From positions 1,850 through 65,849 of the forward strand of contig CALKGQ010000001.1 in NCBI GenBank assembly GCA_938085425.1: 64,000 nt of DNA, read 5' to 3'. The translations under genes and the position numbers were made by a program. The notes below the pieces were generated by a model, which was not told where the DNA came from, searched no databases, and worked only from the letters and a program-made list of their open reading frames with translations. This DNA comes from an uncultured Flavobacteriales bacterium (GTDB taxonomy: Bacteria > Bacteroidota > Bacteroidia > Flavobacteriales_D > Sanyastnellaceae). This document shows positions 38,107-45,661 of this stretch, in pieces (within the stretch, counting starts at the first letter, position 1; each line of letters starts with the position of its first letter).

Positions 38107-39156
38107 ATGAATTTGGTGACGGGTGCGACGGGGATTGTGGGCATGCCTTTGGTGGTCAAGCTTCTCCAAAGTGGGGAGGCTGTCCGGGCATTGCGTCGGG
38201 CCACGAGCGACACGTCCCTTGTGGAGGCTGCCGTGCAGCGTCGGGTGCCCAAGGGCCGTTCCCGTTTGGAATGGGTGGAGGGTGATTTGACAGATCAAGC
38301 AAGCCTCGAGGCTGCTCTCGAAGGGGTACAGCGCGTCTTTCATTGTGCTGCATTGGTGTCCTTTCATCCCAAAGACCATGGCCAAATGGACCGCATCAAT
38401 GCGCAAGGCACCGCCCACTTGGTGGACGCCATGCTTCACTGCGGCACCCCGAGGCTGCTGCACGTGAGCAGTGTGGCAGCGCTGGGGCGCAAGGAAGGCC
38501 AGCCCACCAATGAAGACACCCTTTTTGAAGAACAGCCGGGCACCACGGGGTATGCCAGAAGCAAGCACAGGGCAGAGATGGAGGCATGGCGTGGGTCCGT
38601 GGAAGGATTGCCAGGAGGTTTGGTGGCCGTTCATCCTACAGTGGTATTGGGTCCAGGCGATTTTTCGAGAAGCTCTGGCGCCTTGTTTGACCGCATCTCA
38701 CGTGGTTTGGCATGGTACCCCAAGGGGAGCAATGGGTTCGTCGGATCAGAAGATGTTGCTGAGGCTTGTGTCCGCTTGGGGTTGAGTGAGGTCCGCGATG
38801 AACGGTTTGTGCTGTGCGCAGAACAATGGACGTACGAAGCGATGATGAAGGCCATTGCGTTGGCCCTTCATGTTCGCCCCCCTCATCGACCGGTCCACCG
38901 GTGGATGGTCGGATGGATTTGGCGTGCGTTGGCCTTGGTGGAGGCGCTCACAGGCCGCCGGTCGGTGGCCACAAGAGAGAGCTTGGCGAACACGGGAGCG
39001 CATCACACTTACGAGGGTACACGGATTGTGAAGGCGATGGAAGGCTTGGGCAAGCCTTGGTCCTACACCCCCATTGGCGAGGTGATTGAGCAGACGGCCA
39101 AGGTTTACTTGCTCGGACGCTCTGCAGGAAGGGAAGGAACGCGGTCTCCTGATTGA
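38107..39156 (+). CDS. NAD-dependent epimerase/dehydratase (extended SDR, dihydroflavonol-reductase-like)
   Basis: MNLVTGATGIVG Rossmann motif, YxxxK region (YARSKHRAE). Confidence 0.75.
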   Translation: MNLVTGATGIVGMPLVVKLLQSGEAVRALRRATSDTSLVEAAVQRRVPKGRSRLEWVEGDLTDQASLEAALEGVQRVFHCAALVSFHPKDHGQMDRINAQGTAHLVDAMLHCGTPRLLHVSSVAALGRKEGQPTNEDTLFEEQPGTTGYARSKHRAEMEAWRGSVEGLPGGLVAVHPTVVLGPGDFSRSSGALFDRISRGLAWYPKGSNGFVGSEDVAEACVRLGLSEVRDERFVLCAEQWTYEAMMKAIALALHVRPPHRPVHRWMVGWIWRALALVEALTGRRSVATRESLANTGAHHTYEGTRIVKAMEGLGKPWSYTPIGEVIEQTAKVYLLGRSAGREGTRSPD

Positions 39157-39542
39157 GGCGCCCGAAATTTGGAGTCTGCATTCGTGGATGCAGTGTCCGC
39201 ATGGTTGAGACGGGCTTCCATGGTTTTCAGAAGGTCGACGGCATCGCGCAACACGTCTTTCATGGCGGAGGGATGTGACCACCACCAGGCGTGGCTGGTT
39301 TCAAATTGGGATGCGCTTACGCCCGTGCGGTGCCAAACGTCGTTGTAGGCCTCTGTCATGCGCATGCGTTCGTTGTCGTTTCTGTGAATGCGCAACTGCA
39401 AGGAGGCTTCCACAAGTTGAATCTCTGCCATGACCATGACAAAGCTGTCCTTGGAGAGGACATGGTTGGGTGGCGAAGGAACAGCGGGTCCACCGACAGG
39501 ATCCGAGGCACAGCTCCAAAGGATCAGGCACGCCAGGAACAT
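39105..39542 (-). CDS. DUF4296-like lipoprotein
   Basis: ATG 39542 gives MFLACLILWSC lipobox. Helical body (MAEIQLVEASLQL...). Typical position downstream of the dihydroorotase-like gene. Confidence 0.5.
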   Translation of the reverse strand: MFLACLILWSCASDPVGGPAVPSPPNHVLSKDSFVMVMAEIQLVEASLQLRIHRNDNERMRMTEAYNDVWHRTGVSASQFETSHAWWWSHPSAMKDVLRDAVDLLKTMEARLNHADTASTNADSKFRAPQSGDRVPSLPAERPSK

Positions 39543-39564
39543 TCCTGCGGATTTGCCTAGTGAA

Positions 39565-40944
39565 TCAGCGCGCAAAGGAGAGCCGTTGGCCAACATGGGC
39601 GCCATGTTGGGTGGTGATGCGCAAGCCGTCCCACACGCAGGTTCCGTTCACCCACGTTTCCTGGACACGGCTTGTGAAAGTGTGACCCTGAAAAGGCGAC
39701 CACCCGCACTTGGACATGATGTTGTCTTCGCGAACGGTCCACGGGTCATGGGGCTGCACGAGCACAAGGTCTGCTTTCATGCCTGGTCGGATGAATCCAC
39801 GGTCCGCCATTTGAAAACAACGCGCCACGCGGTGCGCCATCAAGTCTGCCACCTTGTCAACCGACAGCAAGCCTTCATGAACAAGGTCCAACATGGCCAC
39901 AAGAGCGTGCTGCACCAACGGTCCGCCTGAAGGGGCTTCAAAGTAGCTTCTGTCCTTTTCCTCCTTTGTGTGAGGTGCATGGTCCGTGGCCACCACATCG
40001 ATTCGGCCGTCGAGCAAGGCCGCCCGGATCTGTTCTCTGTCCTGTGCTGTCTTGACCGCAGGGTTCCACTTGATGTGGGTGCCCTTGTCCGCGTAGTCCG
40101 CGTCCGTGAACCACAAGTGGTGGATGCAGGCCTCCGCCGTGATGCGCTTGTCTTCGAGTTCCTGTGTGTTGTTGAACAGCTCAAGTTCTTTCGCCGTGCT
40201 GATGTGCAAAATGTGCAGCCGGGTCCCGAGTTTGTCGGCCAATTCAGCGGCCTTAGAAGAGCTTCGGTAGCACGCCTCTGCGCTCCGAATCAATGGGTGC
40301 TGGCCAATGGGGACATGCGCCCCAAAGCGCGCCTTTGCGGCAGCGGCGTTCGCCCGAACGGTGGCTTCGTCTTCACAGTGTGTGGCGACCAATGTGGGGG
40401 CTTCTTTGAAAATGCCTTCGAGCACCGCCGACTCGTCCACCAGCATGTCGCCAGTGGAGGAACCCATGAACACCTTGATGCCGCAAACCCTTGACGGATC
40501 GGTCTTCAAGACTTCGTCGAGGTTGTGGTTGCTGGCGCCCATGAAGAAGCTGTAATTGACAGGGCTGACCTCGGCGGCGCGGTCGTACTTGTCTTGAAGC
40601 AGTTCCTGTGTCAGTGCCTGCGGCACGGTGTTGGGCATTTCCATGAAGGAGGTGATTCCTCCCGCTGCGGCCGCTGCGGACTCTGTGGCGATTTCCGCCT
40701 TGTGGGTCAGTCCTGGCTCACGGAAATGGACTTGGTCATCGATGCAACCGGGCATCAGCCACAATCCACGGCAATCTTTGACCGTGGCCTTTTCTGCTTT
40801 TGCCTTGACAGCAGGTTCCCCGTCGTTTTGCGCCAAATCGACGCCCACCGCCAAAATCAGATCGTTCTCCACAAGGACATCCTGCACTTTGACAGAGCCT
40901 TCGTTGACCACATGGGCCTGGCGAAACAAGGTGGGAGAGGACAT
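39565..40944 (-). CDS. Dihydroorotase-like amidohydrolase
   Basis: GCIDDQVHFREPG, HILHIST, ATDHAPH metal-ligand motifs. 459 aa. Confidence 0.8.
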   Translation of the reverse strand: MSSPTLFRQAHVVNEGSVKVQDVLVENDLILAVGVDLAQNDGEPAVKAKAEKATVKDCRGLWLMPGCIDDQVHFREPGLTHKAEIATESAAAAAGGITSFMEMPNTVPQALTQELLQDKYDRAAEVSPVNYSFFMGASNHNLDEVLKTDPSRVCGIKVFMGSSTGDMLVDESAVLEGIFKEAPTLVATHCEDEATVRANAAAAKARFGAHVPIGQHPLIRSAEACYRSSSKAAELADKLGTRLHILHISTAKELELFNNTQELEDKRITAEACIHHLWFTDADYADKGTHIKWNPAVKTAQDREQIRAALLDGRIDVVATDHAPHTKEEKDRSYFEAPSGGPLVQHALVAMLDLVHEGLLSVDKVADLMAHRVARCFQMADRGFIRPGMKADLVLVQPHDPWTVREDNIMSKCGWSPFQGHTFTSRVQETWVNGTCVWDGLRITTQHGAHVGQRLSFAR

Positions 40945-40947
40945 GGA

Positions 40948-41685
40948 TCAAGGGTTGTTGGCGGGGGGGGAAAAGATGCGTTTGTAGCGCATTTGGAGGA
41001 CGCCAAGCAAGGCTTCGCGGAAGATGTTCATGCTCATCTTGGAGGTCCCCAATTCGCGGTCCACGAAAGTAATGGGCACTTCTTGGAGCCTGAACCCATT
41101 GCGCTTGGCACGAAGTTTCATTTCAATTTGAAAGGCGTAGCCCACAAATTGCACGGCATCGAGTTGGATGGTTTCAAGGACCTCGCGGCGGTAGCACACG
41201 AATCCTGCGGTGCTGTCTTTGACACCAAGGCCCAGCATGAAGTTGACATAGAAGGATGCCCCGTAGCTCAAGATGAGGCGATTGAGTGGCCAGTTGTCCA
41301 CGCCGCCACCCCTTACATACCGGGACCCCACGGACATACCTGCCCCGCCTTCGGCACAAGCGTCTCTGAGCCGAACCAGGTCTTCGGGATTGTGCGAAAA
41401 GTCGCAGTCCATTTCGAAGATGAAGTTGTACCCGCGCTCCAACCCCCAGCGGAACCCAGCGATGTAGGCAGTCCCCAGCCCCAGCTTTCCTTTCCGCTCC
41501 AGCAAGTGGATGCGTTGGGGATGAAGTGCTTGGGTTTCCTTGACAAGTGCGGCAGTGCCGTCGGGCGATCCATCGTCCACCACCAGCACGTCAAACGGAA
41601 AGGCCAAGGCCATGACCGTCTCGAGCATGCGCACCACATTCTCGCGCTCGTTGTAGGTGGGGATGATGACCAGGCTGCCGTTCAT
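40948..41685 (-). CDS. GT2 polyprenol-monophosphomannose synthase-like glycosyltransferase
   Basis: LVIIPTYNERENV, VVDDGSPDGT, Dpm1-like length of 245 aa. Confidence 0.85.
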   Translation of the reverse strand: MNGSLVIIPTYNERENVVRMLETVMALAFPFDVLVVDDGSPDGTAALVKETQALHPQRIHLLERKGKLGLGTAYIAGFRWGLERGYNFIFEMDCDFSHNPEDLVRLRDACAEGGAGMSVGSRYVRGGGVDNWPLNRLILSYGASFYVNFMLGLGVKDSTAGFVCYRREVLETIQLDAVQFVGYAFQIEMKLRAKRNGFRLQEVPITFVDRELGTSKMSMNIFREALLGVLQMRYKRIFSPPANNP

Positions 41686-41704
41686 GGAAGGAAGATACGT
41701 TCAA

Positions 41705-42655
41705 TCAAGTGGTCATGCGGAGCATGTTCAACTCTTGGTCGGACAGGTGGCGCCAATGGCCGCGCGGCAGGTCCTTTTTGGTCAGTGGCCCATACACGAC
41801 GCGGTCCACCTTGACCACCTTGTGTCCCAAATGTTCCCACATGCGTCGCACGACGCGGCTTCTGTTGCTGTGGATTTCCATCCCAACCTCATGTGGGTCG
41901 TTTTTGACAAACGCAGCCTCTTTGGCCTTGACGAAGCCCTGGTCAAGCACAAACCCTTCGACCATTTTTTCGAGGTCCTCGGGGCTTGCTTTCTTGGCCA
42001 ATGTGACGTGGTAGAGTTCGCGGAGCGCCACCTTGGGGTGGTTGAGCCGCTTGGTCAATTCGCCGTCATTGGTGAACAGAATCAGGCCGGTGCTTTCTTT
42101 TTCCACGCGGTCCACAGGGAACACGCGCTCTCGACAAGCTTGCTTGATGAGGTCCCCAATGGTGCGTCGGCCACTGGGGTCGTGGTCCACGGCCAGGAAG
42201 TTCTTGGGTTTGTTGATCAAGACATAGCGCATGGGTTCCGGACGGATGGTGTCTCCCTCCACGCGGACGGTGTCCTTGGTGGGGTCGACTTTGTGTCCGA
42301 GCTCAGTGATCACTTTGCCGTTGACGTTCACCACCCCCGCTGTGATCATGACATCGGCTTCCCGACGCGAACACACGCCCGATTGGGCAATGTAGCGGTT
42401 GAGCCTCATGGTCGCTGTGGAATCGGGGACCGGTGCAAACTTCAATTGGGGGCGGGGCCGACCGTGCCTCCCTCTTGCAGGTTTGGGACCTGATTTGGGA
42501 CCTGATTTGGGACCAGGCTTTGCACCTGGTTTGTCGGACGATTTGCCCCCCTTGAAGGAGCCTGGCTTGGAAGGTTTCGCGCCTGAGCCTGGTCGGCCCT
42601 TGGCACTTCCCTTGCGGGCGCCTCCGCGGCGGCCTTTGTCAGGGTTGTGTTTCAT
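41705..42655 (-). CDS. rluB: rRNA pseudouridine synthase (RluB/RsuA family) with Lys/Gly/Pro-rich N-terminal tail
   Basis: S4 domain (MRLNRYIAQSGVCSRREADVMI). Catalytic-core similarity (ESTGLILFTNDGEL). ATG 42655 (track start is TTG). Confidence 0.8.
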   Translation of the reverse strand: MKHNPDKGRRGGARKGSAKGRPGSGAKPSKPGSFKGGKSSDKPGAKPGPKSGPKSGPKPARGRHGRPRPQLKFAPVPDSTATMRLNRYIAQSGVCSRREADVMITAGVVNVNGKVITELGHKVDPTKDTVRVEGDTIRPEPMRYVLINKPKNFLAVDHDPSGRRTIGDLIKQACRERVFPVDRVEKESTGLILFTNDGELTKRLNHPKVALRELYHVTLAKKASPEDLEKMVEGFVLDQGFVKAKEAAFVKNDPHEVGMEIHSNRSRVVRRMWEHLGHKVVKVDRVVYGPLTKKDLPRGHWRHLSDQELNMLRMTT

Positions 42656-42684
42656 GAAGGGCAAAGGTACGTCTTGAGAAAGGG

Positions 42685-43137
42685 TCACCGCAACGAACGC
42701 CAACGCAGCCTTGGATGGCCGCCCCGAGGGCGCAAGGCCGTGCTGTCAAACGCGTCTTGGAAATGAACGACTTCCCAAGGCTTTGCGTGGCGTGGCCGCA
42801 CCAAGACCACATCGAAGCGGAGTCTGGGTGTGGGGCATTCGTCTGACTGTTGGAAGGCATGGGCCGCTTGGATCAACCGCCTCTGTTGCCCATCGGAGGG
42901 CATCCATTGCCGTGGATCGGTGGTGTCGCCGCACCTGGAACGGCACTTCACTTCGACGAACACCGTGGTGTCGCCGTGGCGCGAAACAATGTCGAGCTCC
43001 GATCGCCTCCATCGCCAGTTTCTGGCGAGGATGCGGTGCCCCAGACGTTCCAAATGTGCCACAGCCCACTGCTCGCCTTGTTGGCCTTTCCAGATGCGAC
43101 TTTCCAAAACCATGGCACAAGGGTCGTGCAATCGCAT
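42685..43137 (-). CDS. YraN-family (UPF0102) endonuclease-like protein
   Basis: GEQWAVAHLERLGHRILARNWRWRRSELDIVSRHGDTTVFVEVKCR. Alternative start ATG 43113. Confidence 0.75.
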   Translation of the reverse strand: MRLHDPCAMVLESRIWKGQQGEQWAVAHLERLGHRILARNWRWRRSELDIVSRHGDTTVFVEVKCRSRCGDTTDPRQWMPSDGQQRRLIQAAHAFQQSDECPTPRLRFDVVLVRPRHAKPWEVVHFQDAFDSTALRPRGGHPRLRWRSLR

Positions 43138-43179
43138 GAAGGTCGCAGCTCGAATGCACAGGCGGGTGCCGGGAATGGA

Positions 43180-44052
43180 TCAGCGCAGGATCAGGTCGGT
43201 GGTGCCGACCACCGTGGTTCCTTCGAGGATGTCCACCACGTAGGTTCCTGCCGACAACGTCAAGCCCCCAGAAGCTTCTTCGGGGGAGTAGAAGATGCAT
43301 GCATCGAGCCTTTCCCGTGCGTAATCAATGGTCCTCGAGGCGCTGCGCTCGGTCCCACCCTGTTCGTCGGCAAGCACCTCCCCCTGGTCGTTGGTGATCC
43401 GGAGATGAAGGGTTTTCTCCCCGACAGGAGCGATCCGGTTCTCCAAAATGGAAAAGCACACGCGCAGCATGTCGCAACGGTCGGCGCGGTCGGTGTCCCG
43501 CTGGCGGCCAGAGGAGAGCACCCTGACCCCGGTGGCGAGGAACTCAGCAACCTGCAGGGTTTGGCCTGCTTCCAGCATGTCCTCCATGTTTTCTTGTCGC
43601 TCCACCAAATCAGCGTTCTCCTCCGACACCGCCTCGATTTGCTCTTTCATGGCCAAATTCTCATCCAAAAGCGCCAGGTTGAGTTGGTTCACCGAGTCGA
43701 TGGTGGCGATGTAGCCTTTCATGATGCTCCTCAGGGTTTCGGACTCTTTTTTGGCCCGGGCCACCTCCCAATAGCCGTTGTTCACCTTGGTGATGAGGCC
43801 ATCGATGCGCTCTTGTTGCGCGGCGAGCTCGGCCAGCATCATCGAGTTTTCGGTTTCCAGGGTGTCGTAAGAGAACCGCATCTTTTCCAAGTCGAGGAGC
43901 AGTTGGTCCTTGGCCAAAGAAAGTTCCGAGTTGTCTCCGCGGAGGGAGCCAATGGTTTGGTTGGAATCCATGACTTGGTAGCCGAGGAAGACACAGGCCA
44001 AAAGCAAGGTGGCGACCACCACCCACCATGTTTTTTGAGACATTTCAGGCAT
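43180..44052 (-). CDS. Hypothetical membrane-anchored coiled-coil protein
   Basis: N-terminal TM helix (WWVVVATLLLACVFLG), about 170 aa of heptad-like acidic helix, C-terminal beta-rich domain. Heads a same-strand string running 44052 -> 39105. Confidence 0.5.
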   Translation of the reverse strand: MPEMSQKTWWVVVATLLLACVFLGYQVMDSNQTIGSLRGDNSELSLAKDQLLLDLEKMRFSYDTLETENSMMLAELAAQQERIDGLITKVNNGYWEVARAKKESETLRSIMKGYIATIDSVNQLNLALLDENLAMKEQIEAVSEENADLVERQENMEDMLEAGQTLQVAEFLATGVRVLSSGRQRDTDRADRCDMLRVCFSILENRIAPVGEKTLHLRITNDQGEVLADEQGGTERSASRTIDYARERLDACIFYSPEEASGGLTLSAGTYVVDILEGTTVVGTTDLILR

Positions 44053-44206
44053 TCGAACGGGGGAGTTGAACCCCAAAGATGCGCTTTCAGGGCGATGATG
44101 GCACTGTCGTGGGCGGACTTTAACCACCCTTGAATTGTGGGAAACCCTTGGAAAAGAGGGTGTTCACAATGGATTGCCGTATCTTGAGAAATCCAAACCG
44201 TTGACC

Positions 44207-45604
44207 ATGTTGATTCGCCTGTCCTTTTCTGCCCTTTGCGCAGCCCTTCTTTTTTTGACGTCCAACCCCGTTTCAGGACAAGAAACGTTCCAGGTCGGGG
44301 CGACCACGCTCACGGCGTCGAACGTCGCTTCTGGCATCCAAATCCCATGGGAACTGCTTTGGGGACCAGACGATCATCTTTGGGTGACGAGCCGCGCAGG
44401 TTCGGTGCACCGCATTGACCCAGAGACCGGGACCACGTCTACGGTGTTGACCAAATCCGTCACCAACAACGGCAACGGCGAGCCCGGCATGCTGGGCATG
44501 GCCATGCACCCTGATTGGGAGAACACCCCCAAGGTGTTTGTGGTCTACACAAGTGGATCTTCTTGGAATGGCACAGAGTACTTGTCGGTGTTCGATTGGA
44601 ATGGATCTGGACTCGTGAACGAAGAAGTGCTTTTGTCCCTCCCGGCAGCAGGCATCCACAATGGAAGCCGCCTGTTGGTGCTCCCCGACAACACGCTCTT
44701 GATGTCCACAGGGGACAAAGGGGATGGAGGGGCGAGCAGCCAAAACTTCAACAGCCTCAACGGCAAGATCCTTCGCTTGAACCTCGACGGCAGCATCCCA
44801 GCAGACAATCCCACTCCGGGAAGCTATGTGTACAGCATGGGGCACAGGAACCCACAGGGTTTGGCCATGGGCCCCAATGGCCTCATCTACAGCTCTGAGC
44901 ATGGCCAAAGCAACAACGACGAGGTGAACATCATCCAACCGGGACGCAACTACGGCTGGCCCAATGTGGAGGGGGTGTGCAACACTTCAAGCGAGAACAG
45001 CTTTTGTGTGGCCAACAACGTGGTCGAACCCATCGATACGTTTTCGCCCTGTGCCGCGGTCAATGGCATGACCTGGTACAACCACCCGGCCATCCCGGAG
45101 TGGCAAAACAGCATTTTGCTCTCTGTCATGGGTGGTTTTGCCCTCGACGACAAGCGCCTGAGTGTGTTGTCCCTTTCGGAAGACGGCACGACCGTCACAA
45201 ATGAAACGCAGCATTTTGCCAGTTACGGACAGCGCCTGCGCGATGTGGCTGTCAACCCCACCACAGGCGCGGTGTATGTGGCCTTCAACGGCTCTTCCTA
45301 CCCCGGCTCTGGTCCCAACGTGATCAAAGAATTCCGCAACCTCGACTACGTGCCCTCCACCGCTGTTGCGGGATGCAAGTACCCAGGCGCACTGAACTAC
45401 AACGCCGGCGCCACAGAGGATGACGGCACTTGCCAATTCGCGGGGTGCACCGACATGGAAGCTCTGAACTACGTGCCTTGGGCCAACGTGGACACCGATT
45501 GCATTTACCAAGCGCCTTGCGCAGTGGACGTCGATGCCGATGGCGCGACCACAGTCGCCGACTTGCTCCTCGTGCTTGGTGCCTTTGGCGACCTCTGCGA
45601 TTGA
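44207..45604 (+). CDS. Secreted PQQ-dependent sugar dehydrogenase (soluble glucose/sorbosone dehydrogenase family) with C-terminal dockerin-like repeat
   Basis: GMLGMAMHPDW, GHRNPQGLA, EHGQSNNDEVNIIQPGRNYGWP. Signal peptide at ATG 44207. Confidence 0.85.
   Translation: MLIRLSFSALCAALLFLTSNPVSGQETFQVGATTLTASNVASGIQIPWELLWGPDDHLWVTSRAGSVHRIDPETGTTSTVLTKSVTNNGNGEPGMLGMAMHPDWENTPKVFVVYTSGSSWNGTEYLSVFDWNGSGLVNEEVLLSLPAAGIHNGSRLLVLPDNTLLMSTGDKGDGGASSQNFNSLNGKILRLNLDGSIPADNPTPGSYVYSMGHRNPQGLAMGPNGLIYSSEHGQSNNDEVNIIQPGRNYGWPNVEGVCNTSSENSFCVANNVVEPIDTFSPCAAVNGMTWYNHPAIPEWQNSILLSVMGGFALDDKRLSVLSLSEDGTTVTNETQHFASYGQRLRDVAVNPTTGAVYVAFNGSSYPGSGPNVIKEFRNLDYVPSTAVAGCKYPGALNYNAGATEDDGTCQFAGCTDMEALNYVPWANVDTDCIYQAPCAVDVDADGATTVADLLLVLGAFGDLCD
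45371..45601 (+). other. C-terminal module B: two CxxxxA(L/C)NY motifs plus one dockerin-like repeat ending FGDLCD-stop
   Basis: GCKYPGALNYNAGATEDDGTCQFAGCTDMEALNYVPWANVDTDCIYQAPCAVDVDADGATTVADLLLVLGAFGDLCD. Confidence 0.65.
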
Positions 45605-45661
45605 CCATCCCAACAAAACCACCCTACGACTTCGACCCACAACCCTACGAATCCCACTCTC

